A stretch of 45,062 bases of DNA, taken from the sequence record SRR22947727_843; one strand, written 5' to 3'. Shown here piece by piece: positions 1-8,958 of this stretch (within the stretch, counting starts at the first letter, position 1; every line of letters starts with the position of its first letter). The position numbers and the translations under genes are program-made. The notes below the pieces were generated by a model that did no database searches, was not told where the DNA came from, and worked only from the letters and a program-made list of their open reading frames with translations.

Positions 1-33
1 GATTTCAGAAAATCTGCAAGGCTGGATTTAATC

Positions 34-66
34 AAAAAAGGGCCACTGAAACAGCGGCCCTTTTTT
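34..66 (-). terminator. Rho-independent terminator after the small secreted protein gene (possibly bidirectional)
   Basis: Minus strand reads GGGCCGCTG-TTT-CAGTGGCCC-TTTTTT: 9-bp stem with one G-U pair, then a U-tract. A-tracts/T-tracts flank both sides. Confidence 0.85.
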
Positions 67-90
67 AAATTGATACTTGCAAGCAAGTGA

Positions 91-276
91 TTATTTAGTT
101 GCCAATGCCACGATTGCGATCAACGCCAGTGGGATCAACAGCGAACTTGCAGAACCAGCTGCTTCGTCCATTGTGGACGCAACAACAGGTGCTTCCATGA
201 CCGGTTCGCTCATACCGCCTGCGAAAGCGGTCGTTGTCGCTGCTGCAAAGACAGTCGCCAAAATTAGTTTTTTCAT
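91..276 (-). CDS. Small secreted, C-terminally membrane-anchored protein (61 aa), function unknown
   Basis: MKKLILATVFAAATTTAFA is a typical SPI signal peptide (AxA). It is followed by the acidic linker GGMSEPVMEAPVV and the hydrophobic tail LLIPLALIAIVALA. SD GGAGAA lies just upstream of the ATG at 276, and a terminator follows. Confidence 0.8.
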   Translation of the reverse strand: MKKLILATVFAAATTTAFAGGMSEPVMEAPVVASTMDEAAGSASSLLIPLALIAIVALATK

Positions 277-421
277 TTTATTCTCCATTCGTTTTGGTTC
301 TCACGCATCATGTGCTGAACCGAAAAGTTAACCCATCCAGATGGCGCTCCGGATAAAGCAAATTAAATTTGTTTTTGCAAATGCGGATTCGGCGTATCTT
401 CGCCCAAACCCGCGACACTCG

Positions 422-1021
422 TCAAATTAGCAACACCTGTGTGCCAACCTTGGTGAGTTCATATAATTCGGCAATTTGCTCGTTGTAAAGTCCGATGCAG
501 CCATTCGAGGATCTGCGGCCAATCTTTCGCGTGTCATGGGTGCCGTGAATACGGTAATAGGTCCAAGAAAGATATAGCGCGTGGCTTCCCAATGGATTGT
601 CCGGCCCTGGCCCTACGAATTCAGGCCATTCCGGGTTGCGTTTGCGCATCTCTGGGGTTGGTCGCCAGGATGGGCCCACAACTTTGCGCACAACTTTCGT
701 CCGGCCTTTGCGTGTTAAATCGGCGGTCATCGGAACAGATGTTGGGTATAACTTGTAGATCGACTCGTCTTCAGACCAGTAATGCAGCGCGCGCGAGTCA
801 ATGTCGGACAAAATCGCCCCATTCTTAAGCGTGTCAAAATAGGGGCGCCAATCCAACATTCTAAAACTGCTGATATTGCGCAGAGCCGTCTCGCTGGACT
901 CTGTTTCTGCCTCCACAGCATCAAACACGCCTGTCTCCTGCGACAGGGCAAGCGTCCCCGACAAGGATGCCGCCCCCGTCAAAAATGCCCGTCTTGGCAA
1001 ATGGTTTTCTGCTCTGCCCAT
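422..1021 (-). CDS. L,D-transpeptidase (YkuD/ErfK family), probable Tat substrate
   Basis: PxWRPT, GPxNPLGxxAL and the catalytic IHGT...SNGCIGL motifs are present. N-terminal PRRAFL is twin-arginine-like. Start moved to ATG 1021 (GGAG upstream). Confidence 0.88.
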   Translation of the reverse strand: MGRAENHLPRRAFLTGAASLSGTLALSQETGVFDAVEAETESSETALRNISSFRMLDWRPYFDTLKNGAILSDIDSRALHYWSEDESIYKLYPTSVPMTADLTRKGRTKVVRKVVGPSWRPTPEMRKRNPEWPEFVGPGPDNPLGSHALYLSWTYYRIHGTHDTRKIGRRSSNGCIGLYNEQIAELYELTKVGTQVLLI

Positions 1022-1171
1022 GGTATTCACTCCACATATGTTGAGGATGCTTACAAAGAAAATCGACAACACACAAATCAAACACGCCTGATGTACAGCA
1101 TTTGTCTTAATATTGGGTTTGATTGGCAACGCTTTGCCGCTATGTACGCTGCACAGAATTGAGGGTTCAAG

Positions 1172-1693
1172 ATGATTTATCGGGTCGTTCTAGCGTTTGG
1201 CTTGCTCCTATTGATGGGATGCACACAAAATACCGGCTCCAACCTAGAGCCGGGAGATCGCCCGTTGCGTCCAGTATATGTCATCAAAGCATCTGACGGC
1301 GCGCGCATTCAATACAGCATCTTAGATGGCATAAACAGCCTTCGGCGCGCAGCTGGCCTGCAAACATTGATCTTTAATGCCAAGCTCAACGCCGCAGCCG
1401 CCACGCATGCGCGCGATATGTCGGTGCAAAACCGCGCCTGGCATTTCGGCTCTGACGGATCTTCTCCGCTCGACCGTATGGAACGCGTCGGATATGAGGG
1501 CACGCTTCTTGGAGAAAATATTTCCGAGACCTTTGAGTCAGAGCTTGAAACCCTCGCGGCCTGGATGGAGACCCCAGCCACGCGCACAATCATCCTCGCC
1601 CCAGAGGCGCAAGAAATGGGTTTCAGCTGGTATCAAGAACCGGGCGGCAAAATTTGGTGGACTTTGGTCACCGGCATCGAGGCGCAACAGTAA
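1172..1693 (+). CDS. CAP/SCP domain lipoprotein
   Basis: Lipobox LMGC; CAP motifs INxLR, LNAAAxxHARDM, HxGSDGS, GENI and W-M. Confidence 0.88.
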   Translation: MIYRVVLAFGLLLLMGCTQNTGSNLEPGDRPLRPVYVIKASDGARIQYSILDGINSLRRAAGLQTLIFNAKLNAAAATHARDMSVQNRAWHFGSDGSSPLDRMERVGYEGTLLGENISETFESELETLAAWMETPATRTIILAPEAQEMGFSWYQEPGGKIWWTLVTGIEAQQ

Positions 1694-1719
1694 GACCGCT
1701 AAAGCCCCCAGAACAGGCT

Positions 1720-2214
1720 CTAGGGGTAAATCCAAATCGGCGTGCCGATGTCAACCATCGCATAAATCTCTTCAATTTCACGATTGCTCACCGCAATACA
1801 GCCCCAGGTCCAATCTTTGAAAAAGAAGCGATAGGGCCGGGGCGTTCCATGTATGAAAATGTCACCTCCCGGACTTCGCGTCCCAGCGGCCCGTCGATCC
1901 GCCGCATTGGGGTATGATATGCCGACAGATAGGTGAAATTGGCTGTTGGGGTTTTTGCGATCAATGAAATACTGCCCCTCTGGGGTTTTGCCATCGCCTT
2001 CAAATTTCTTATGTCCAATGGGTGCGAAACCCAATTTAAAGTCGTATTCTTTGATAACCGTGTTACCTTGAAACAAGTACATGCGGCGTTCAGCCTTGTA
2101 TAAAACCAAGGCTGTTGCTTTCGGAAGATCGGTCCGCAAAATAGGCTTGGGATCGGAACAAGCGGCCAAGACCAAAGCGATGCAAAACATCGTGACGATA
2201 TTAAAAACTCTCAT
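1720..2214 (-). CDS. L,D-transpeptidase-family lipoprotein (YkuD, YafK/DpaA-like subgroup)
   Basis: Lipobox LAAC; KxxEGDGKTPEG, SYPN and GGDIFIHG...WTWGCIAV motifs. ATG 2214 is preceded by GAGG. Confidence 0.85.
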   Translation of the reverse strand: MRVFNIVTMFCIALVLAACSDPKPILRTDLPKATALVLYKAERRMYLFQGNTVIKEYDFKLGFAPIGHKKFEGDGKTPEGQYFIDRKNPNSQFHLSVGISYPNAADRRAAGTRSPGGDIFIHGTPRPYRFFFKDWTWGCIAVSNREIEEIYAMVDIGTPIWIYP

Positions 2215-2273
2215 TGTCCTCACCCTAAGTCACCTAGCCCATCTCTACCTCAGGATGATTAAAATACAACTCA

Positions 2274-3035
2274 TCAATCTTGGATTAAACGCTCCTCAAT
2301 GGCTTTAAGTCGCGCCAATACCTCGTCACGATAGGTATCGGTTTTTTGATCTGCTTCTTCAGAATGCGCATCCTGCATGGAGTTTACAATCAAACCCACC
2401 AGCAGGTTCACCACAGCAAAGGTGGTGACCATGATAAAGGGTACAAAAAACACCCAAGCATAGGGATATACTTCCATCACTGGGCGCACGATCCCCATCG
2501 ACCAGCTTTCCAATGTCATGATCTGGAATAGAGAATAAGCCGACTGCCCGAGTGACCCAAACCATTGCGGAAAATCAGCGCCAAAGAGTTTTGTTGAGAT
2601 TACCGATCCAATATAAAAAATGATCCCCATCAACAAAAAGACGGACGCCATACCCGGCAAGGCGGTGATGAACCCCTCCACCACCCGGCGCAGGCGCGGC
2701 GCCACAGACACCACGCGCAATATACGCAAAATGCGCAAAGACCGCAGGACTGACAAGCTCTGAGCCGCAGGAACAAGTGACACTGCAACAATTGCAAAAT
2801 CAAAAATATTCCAACCATCGCGGAAAAACCTAAAGCGATAGGCCAACAGCTTCAGCGCCAGTTCCACCACAAATATTGCCAGACAAATGCGATCCAAAAT
2901 TCCAATAAACGTACCGACGCGCGCCATGACCATCGCGGACGTCTCTAACCCAAGAATAACCGCATTAAATAAAATCACCGCGGTGATGAATTTACGAACT
3001 CCGGCGGACTCAAGAGTTGTTTGAAGATATGTCAT
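2274..3035 (-). CDS. Bacterial voltage-gated sodium channel (BacNav, NaChBac family)
   Basis: Six hydrophobic segments, WNIFDF in S3, S4 with an Arg every third residue (LRSLRILRILRVV), pore signature FQIMTLESWSMG, and a short C-terminal coiled-coil-like segment. Confidence 0.92.
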   Translation of the reverse strand: MTYLQTTLESAGVRKFITAVILFNAVILGLETSAMVMARVGTFIGILDRICLAIFVVELALKLLAYRFRFFRDGWNIFDFAIVAVSLVPAAQSLSVLRSLRILRILRVVSVAPRLRRVVEGFITALPGMASVFLLMGIIFYIGSVISTKLFGADFPQWFGSLGQSAYSLFQIMTLESWSMGIVRPVMEVYPYAWVFFVPFIMVTTFAVVNLLVGLIVNSMQDAHSEEADQKTDTYRDEVLARLKAIEERLIQD

Positions 3036-3041
3036 CGATTT

Positions 3042-4256
3042 TTAAACCTTGCTTAAATGGGCAACGATCTCGATATGCGGCGACCATCTAAATTGATCAA
3101 CCACTTCAATCCATTTTAGCAAATAACCGCCGTTACAAAGCAAGGCCGCATCACGCGCGAAACTGACAGGATTGCATGACACCATAGCAATATCGCGCAA
3201 ATCGCTTTGCGCCAATTGCCCCACTTGCTGCTCTGCGCCGGCGCGAGGTGGGTCGATGATGGCGGCGTTGAACGGTTTCAAGTCCGTATGGTCAACAGGA
3301 TTGCGAAACAAATCACGGGTGGAGGTTGTGACACTCTTGATCCCCTGCGTGTGACGCACGCCATGGGCCAAAGCCTCAAGCAAACCGGCATCGTTCTCAA
3401 AACAATGCAGCGTCGCCCTATCCGCCAGCGGCAATCCCAATGTGCCAGCGCCAGAGAACAAATCAACCACCCGATCCGCTCCCGCCAATGCACGCGCCAC
3501 CGCCGCTTGGAGCGCGCGCTCGCCCGCAGAGGTGGCTTGGGTGAATGCCCTGGGTGGCGGAGAGACTTTTACCCTGCCAAAGGTCATTTGCGGCGCCTGA
3601 TGCTGGCAAATGATTTCATTTCCCACGGACAGCCGCGCAATTCCATTGGATCCAGCCCATTGGGCAAATGGGCCAAAATCTGTATCTGCGAGATGATCCA
3701 ATCCCTCAACAGAGACATCAATCCCCCGATCTGTTGCCAGGACCCAAAAGCCCAGCTGCCCCTTGCGAGATCCAAATTGGACCGTGAATTGTTCAAGCGC
3801 CGGTATGATACGCATGATCTCAGGCACCAGAACCTTGCAGGGCTCAATCGGCTGAATTGTGTCGCTGGCCTTGCCAAAGAAACCCACCGTTGCACCCTTC
3901 TTTGTGCGTCGGCCTGTGAGTTTGGCGCGGCGACGGGAATTTTCTGGCGATGTGTGAAGCGCTTGAATTTCAGCTGTGATTCCCTGCGCCGCCAAGGCCC
4001 GCACCACAACCTCTTGTTTCCACTGATCCACAAAATCAGGATGTGCATGATGTAACGCGCAGCCCCCACAGCGCTTAAATGCGCTGCACAGAGGGGTGAT
4101 ACGATGCTTGGAGGGCGTGACAATTCGTGTATTTTGCAACCGATCGCCCAGCAAATCCCCAGAGAACACCTCTCCAGGCAGGGCGCGATCAACAAAAATT
4201 GGCCCCGCGGCCAAACCATCGCCCAGGTGCCCTAAACGTTCGATTGTGAGTTCCAT
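3042..4256 (-). CDS. rlmD: RNA m5U methyltransferase, RlmD/TrmA family
   Basis: TRAM-like N-terminus, Fe-S motif CxxxxxCGGC, FxQ, DLFSGAG, DPPRAG, catalytic SCNP and DQFxWSxHIE. Start 4256 overlaps the ABC gene stop (TGATG). Confidence 0.85.
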   Translation of the reverse strand: MELTIERLGHLGDGLAAGPIFVDRALPGEVFSGDLLGDRLQNTRIVTPSKHRITPLCSAFKRCGGCALHHAHPDFVDQWKQEVVVRALAAQGITAEIQALHTSPENSRRRAKLTGRRTKKGATVGFFGKASDTIQPIEPCKVLVPEIMRIIPALEQFTVQFGSRKGQLGFWVLATDRGIDVSVEGLDHLADTDFGPFAQWAGSNGIARLSVGNEIICQHQAPQMTFGRVKVSPPPRAFTQATSAGERALQAAVARALAGADRVVDLFSGAGTLGLPLADRATLHCFENDAGLLEALAHGVRHTQGIKSVTTSTRDLFRNPVDHTDLKPFNAAIIDPPRAGAEQQVGQLAQSDLRDIAMVSCNPVSFARDAALLCNGGYLLKWIEVVDQFRWSPHIEIVAHLSKV

Positions 4257-6094
4257 CAGGTCTCTTCCATTGCCAAAAAGCCACCAGATTGGTGCGTCCA
4301 AAATCCAGCATAGGCCCCATTGGCTTCTAACAGGCTGGCATGGGTTCCCTCTTCTACAATGCGTCCCTCGTCAAGCACCACAATGCGATCCATACGCGCA
4401 ATGGTTGACAGACGATGCGCAATTGCAATCACGGTTTTGCCGCGCGTGACACGGTACAGCGTCTCCAGAATGTCTGCCTCTACCGCACTGTCCAGTGCCG
4501 AGGTGGCCTCATCCAGCACTAAAATCGGCGCATCTTTTAAGATCACCCGGGCCAAAGCCACCCTTTGTCTCTGACCGCCTGAAAGTTTCACACCCCGTTC
4601 ACCGACCTGTGCATCATAGCCTGTGCGCCCCTCCGGATCTTCGAGCTGCAAGATAAAATCATGCGCTTCGGCCTTTTTCGCCGCCTCGATCATGTCTTCC
4701 TCAGTCGCTCCGGGTTTGCCGTAAAGAATATTGTCGCGCACAGAACGGTGCAGCAGCGCGCTGTCTTGCTGCACCACACCAATTTGCGCCCGCAAACTGT
4801 CCTGTGTGACGTGAGAAATATTTTGCCCATCAAAATAAATCGCCCCAGATTCCACATCATAAAACCGAAGTAATAGCTTTATGAGGGTTGATTTCCCCGC
4901 GCCGCTCGCCCCAACCAACCCCAGGCTCTCACCAGGCTTAATCTCAAGCGAGATATTCTCAAGCCCAACAAACTCCTTGCCATAGCGATGCGTCAGACCG
5001 GCAATTGAGATATGCGCTGCCTTCATCTGCAACTCCTGAGCACCTGGCGCATCAACCAGCTCAATGGGAGCAGAAATGGTCTCCATCCCCTCGCGAATAA
5101 CCCCCATTTCTCTGAAAAGCGTGGTCAGTGCCCACATGATCCAATGGGACATGCCACTCATCCGCAGGGTAAGGGCTGCACCAGCGGCCACCACGCCCAC
5201 ATCCGCGCTGCCGATGCTCCACAGGTAGGTGGCCCAACCCACAACACTGACGACCAAACAGCCATCCAACAAAATAAGACCAAATTCCATGGTCGTATAA
5301 AGCCGCATTTCCTTTTGAAAGGTCACACGCGCCTCTTCGATCGCCACTACCCCATAGTTCAACTCTTGATCGTTCTGGGAAAACATTTTGACCGCATGAA
5401 TATTGGTGTAGCTGTCCACCACCCGCCCGGTCACGGCACTGCGCGCATTCGACGCCGCCGCCGATGCCGGGCTAACGCGCCGCACAGTCCAAACGACCAA
5501 AGCGAAATAGAGCCCCGTCCACATCGCAAGGGGGATCATTAACCGAGGATCAGACTCGCCCAATAGGAAAAATGCCCCGATCAAATAAACAAACGAAAAG
5601 GTGACCGCATCAATCAGCTGATAGACAAATTCACCCGTCGCAGGCGGGGTTTGCATGATCCGATTGGCAATGCGCCCAGCAAAATCATTTTCAAACCAAC
5701 CCACAGATTGCCGCAACACATGGCGATGCGCCCGATAGCGCACCAAAGTGCCCACATTCGGCAAAATCGTATTGTTGAGCAAAAGGGTCGAAACCGTATC
5801 AATCAGCGGTCGAATCACAAGAATAAACCCGGTGACCAAAGCCAATTCCACCCAATGATTGCCCCAAAACTCAGACGGCGTTGCCTCTGTCATCAACACA
5901 ATCAGTCGCCCGAAATACCAGATCAGAAAAATCTGGACCGCGGCAACAAGCGTTTGAAAAAAGGCAGAAAAGCAAAATATCGTTTTGAACGGGCGCAGAT
6001 AGTCACGCAAAAAGGCCAAAAGCGCGCGCGGTGGACGATTGCTGACTGGGTAGGGTTGATAGGGATCAACCAATCTTTCAAAAAATCTAAACAT
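4256..6094 (-). CDS. ABC exporter, fused permease/ATP-binding protein
   Basis: N-terminal transmembrane domain, Walker A GASGAGKS, signature LSGGQ, Walker B LVLDEATSALD and H-loop IAHRLST. Start placed at MFRFFE (6094). Confidence 0.92.
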   Translation of the reverse strand: MFRFFERLVDPYQPYPVSNRPPRALLAFLRDYLRPFKTIFCFSAFFQTLVAAVQIFLIWYFGRLIVLMTEATPSEFWGNHWVELALVTGFILVIRPLIDTVSTLLLNNTILPNVGTLVRYRAHRHVLRQSVGWFENDFAGRIANRIMQTPPATGEFVYQLIDAVTFSFVYLIGAFFLLGESDPRLMIPLAMWTGLYFALVVWTVRRVSPASAAASNARSAVTGRVVDSYTNIHAVKMFSQNDQELNYGVVAIEEARVTFQKEMRLYTTMEFGLILLDGCLVVSVVGWATYLWSIGSADVGVVAAGAALTLRMSGMSHWIMWALTTLFREMGVIREGMETISAPIELVDAPGAQELQMKAAHISIAGLTHRYGKEFVGLENISLEIKPGESLGLVGASGAGKSTLIKLLLRFYDVESGAIYFDGQNISHVTQDSLRAQIGVVQQDSALLHRSVRDNILYGKPGATEEDMIEAAKKAEAHDFILQLEDPEGRTGYDAQVGERGVKLSGGQRQRVALARVILKDAPILVLDEATSALDSAVEADILETLYRVTRGKTVIAIAHRLSTIARMDRIVVLDEGRIVEEGTHASLLEANGAYAGFWTHQSGGFLAMEET

Positions 6095-6175
6095 AGCCGA
6101 ACAGAATACTGCGGCTATGCTTTTTTGCAAACAAAATAATGTGGTTAAACAAACAAACCCTTGAGACAGGGCAGG

Positions 6176-7336
6176 TCACCCAAGGCCGTCCAAATGCACC
6201 AATATTTCATCTTTGGTGATCTGCATATCCCGTGCAATCCAAATGTCTTGTGCACGCTTCAAAGCCTCCCCAAGCGCTGGGCCCTGGTGCTTTGGCATTA
6301 GATCAGCCGCCGAAACGGGGCAAATAGACTGGGCGCCGCGGCGCACCGCCTCTTGCTCTGTCTCTGTGACCCTGTTCTCCATCCAGGCCGCGCGCAGCAG
6401 CCAAGACGACCAGCCCTGCGCCGCGCCCAGCGCATATCCATGCGCCAAGGCTTTTGATGTGTTTTGCCCGTGATACCGCAGCGCTTCAACCTGGCGCGCC
6501 TGCACATTTGACAACCGCAAGCGCTCTTGCACCGCCTCACCACCAAGACAGGCCAGACGGCGTAGCGCATCGGGCGGATGCTCCCGCTCTAGGTCCACCA
6601 AAAGCGAAACCGAGCGCGCCGAAGCCCCTGGCAGCACGCGCCCCAAGATGCCAGCTGCCTCCATTGCGGCCAGCGCTGGGGCTGGGTCGGCGGCGGCCAA
6701 TAGTTTGAGCAGCTCAGCGCCGATCCGTTCTTTAGAAATTCGCTCCAAACCCGATTGCAAAGCCGCACAGGCCGCGAGCGCCTGCGCATCAACACCTTCG
6801 AGGGGATCGCCATACCAAGCCCAAAACCGAAAAAACCGCAAGATACGCAGATAATCTTCCGCGATACGAGCTTGCGGCTCACCGATAAAACGCAACCGCC
6901 GCGCTTGCGCATCGGCCAGCCCGTCCAATGGGTCGATCACCTGGCCCGACGCCTCTGCATAGAGCGCATTCATGGTAAAATCGCGGCGCGCGGCATCTTG
7001 TTCAAGCGATGTGCCAAAAACAACTTCAGCATGCCGACCGTCGGTCGTCACATCTTGGCGAAATGTGGTGATTTCATAAGATTTGCCACCGAGCAAAAAC
7101 GTCAGTGTTCCATGATCTGCGCCGGTGTCGACAACCCGCACCCCATGGGCTTGCGCAATCCGCCGCATCTGATCTGGCACGGCGTCACTGGTCAAATCAA
7201 TATCCGTTGCCGCACCCCCCATCACCGCATTACGAATACAACCGCCCACATATAAAAGCCGCGCGCCGGCCTCCTCGAAGGCCGTGAAAAGCGGTGCTAG
7301 GGTCTGGATATCAAGCGCGGTGGGATCAATCTTCAT
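6176..7336 (-). CDS. cca: CCA tRNA nucleotidyltransferase (class II)
   Basis: VGGCIR...DID, EITTFR, DAARRDFTMNAL and EDYLRILRFFRF motifs. Start 7336 overlaps the upstream stop (ATGA). Confidence 0.9.
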   Translation of the reverse strand: MKIDPTALDIQTLAPLFTAFEEAGARLLYVGGCIRNAVMGGAATDIDLTSDAVPDQMRRIAQAHGVRVVDTGADHGTLTFLLGGKSYEITTFRQDVTTDGRHAEVVFGTSLEQDAARRDFTMNALYAEASGQVIDPLDGLADAQARRLRFIGEPQARIAEDYLRILRFFRFWAWYGDPLEGVDAQALAACAALQSGLERISKERIGAELLKLLAAADPAPALAAMEAAGILGRVLPGASARSVSLLVDLEREHPPDALRRLACLGGEAVQERLRLSNVQARQVEALRYHGQNTSKALAHGYALGAAQGWSSWLLRAAWMENRVTETEQEAVRRGAQSICPVSAADLMPKHQGPALGEALKRAQDIWIARDMQITKDEILVHLDGLG

Positions 7337-7929
7337 AGCGGACCCATCTGATCGGCCAAGCCGCGCAATATCCGCGCGGTCGCGCCCCAAATGTAATAGG
7401 GCCCGTAAGGGACGCAATAGTAAGAGCGTCTCTGTCCGCGCCAGATCCGCGACTGAACTTGAAAATTTTGCGCCGTCACCACATGAGACAAAGGCACTTC
7501 GAACACCTCCGCCACCTCGCCAGGATCTGCCTTAACCTCCCAGGGCGTGCTGATCCAACCGATGGTTGGAATAACGTTGAACCCCGTCACGGTTTCATGT
7601 GCCGGCAATTGCCCTAAGATTTCTACCAGGGATGGATCAAGCCCGGTTTCCTCATGCGCTTCACGCAGCGCTGTTGCAGAAATATCCGCGTCACCGGCAT
7701 CCCGCTTGCCGCCGGGAAACGCAATCTGCCCAGGGTGGGATGACAAATGCGCCGCGCGTTTGGTCAAGACCACATGAACGCCTGAAGAGCGCTCAATCAA
7801 GGGCACCAAAACACCGGCATCTTTCTTCGCAGGCCCAGACCCAGACGTCCCCGGATTAAGATCAAAATCCGACGAGGCGCCGCCCGGCCGCGCCAATGCG
7901 CGGAGAATATCAGCGTGATGCGGAATCAT
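7333..7929 (-). CDS. CoA pyrophosphatase (NudL-type Nudix hydrolase)
   Basis: NuCoA motif LTKRAxHLSSHPGQIAFPGG, Nudix box ALREAHEETGL and IWGATA. Start codon uncertain. Confidence 0.88.
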   Translation of the reverse strand: MIPHHADILRALARPGGASSDFDLNPGTSGSGPAKKDAGVLVPLIERSSGVHVVLTKRAAHLSSHPGQIAFPGGKRDAGDADISATALREAHEETGLDPSLVEILGQLPAHETVTGFNVIPTIGWISTPWEVKADPGEVAEVFEVPLSHVVTAQNFQVQSRIWRGQRRSYYCVPYGPYYIWGATARILRGLADQMGPL

Positions 7930-8920
7930 TTTCAATGGGGGGGTTGGCCTCAAACCCAAGCGTATCTGGATCAAAGCTGTAATGGGCGCCACAAAACTGG
8001 CAATCGGCGGTGACCTCATTGTCGTCTGTGGTCATATGCGCAATGTCTTTGGCCGAATAAATCGACAGGCTTTGGCGCACACGATCAGGCGAGCAGGTAC
8101 AGCCGAAAGTCACCGGCTGAGTGTCGTAGACCCGCGGTTGCTCTTCATGAAACAAACGAAGCAGCAGTTGCGTCGGCGCAATGGATGGTCCGACCAGCTC
8201 AAGCTGATCGACGGTATCGAGCAAAATATTCGCCCGGTTCCAATTTTCATTCCCATCTGAATCCAATAGATCCGCTGCCGAGAGCAAACCATCTTCGCCC
8301 TGTGGCTCTTCAGAGGTCACATGCGAACCTGCCGCAGGCATATGTTGCAGCATCACGCCGCCCGCACGCCAACCATCTGAGCCATCCGCCTCCTGCGAGT
8401 AACCAAATGCCAGGGAAAAGCGGGTCGGTATTTGTTCAGACTGCGCAAAATAGGCCTCTGCACAGGCCGAAAGAGAGGTGCCGGCAATCGGGGTGATCCC
8501 TTGATAGGGCTGCATATCTTGACCTTGATCAATCAATATGGCGAAATACCCATTGCCAATTTGATCAAAGCCCGGTGCCTCGGTGTCCAGAGTCTCAGCA
8601 TCATAGCTTGCATAGGCCCGGATGCGCCCGGGCGCTCCATCTTCTGTCGGGCCATAGTAGTCAGTTGCGATCAAACGCACCGCACCGCTGCCGCGCACTT
8701 GAAGCGAGAGCTTCCAGCGCAGCTTCATGGTTTGACCAATTAACGCAGTGAGCAAAGTCATCTCTGCCACAAGCGCCTCAACAACAGACGGATAATCATG
8801 CTGCGCAAGCACCTGATCCAACACACCATCGAGCCGCGCCACACGGCCACGGATATCGGATGCGTCCAATTGAAACGGCAAAACCGTATCATCCCAACTC
8901 ATTTTTACAGTTTGCGTCAT
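7910..8920 (-). CDS. hslO: Hsp33 redox-regulated chaperone
   Basis: YFAQSEQIPT, AGGVMLQ and C-terminal zinc motif CxC...CxxC (CTC...CQFC). Confidence 0.93.
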   Translation of the reverse strand: MTQTVKMSWDDTVLPFQLDASDIRGRVARLDGVLDQVLAQHDYPSVVEALVAEMTLLTALIGQTMKLRWKLSLQVRGSGAVRLIATDYYGPTEDGAPGRIRAYASYDAETLDTEAPGFDQIGNGYFAILIDQGQDMQPYQGITPIAGTSLSACAEAYFAQSEQIPTRFSLAFGYSQEADGSDGWRAGGVMLQHMPAAGSHVTSEEPQGEDGLLSAADLLDSDGNENWNRANILLDTVDQLELVGPSIAPTQLLLRLFHEEQPRVYDTQPVTFGCTCSPDRVRQSLSIYSAKDIAHMTTDDNEVTADCQFCGAHYSFDPDTLGFEANPPIENDSASR

Positions 8921-8958
8921 GATAACTTTCCATAGATTGGCCTTGCCTTAAACTGTCC

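Noticed and set aside
91-276. Enzyme annotation (e.g. ferrochelatase) or GlyGly-CTERM sorting signal for the small protein
   Set aside because: It is far too short for an enzyme fold. The C-terminal helix lacks the preceding Gly-Gly and the trailing basic cluster of sortase-type signals.
3207-4055. 282-aa plus-strand ORF and a 211-aa alternative-frame ORF over rlmD, and the many similar shadow ORFs across the window
   Set aside because: They overlap well-supported genes entirely, show no recognisable motifs, and have the Arg/Cys-rich composition typical of off-frame translations.
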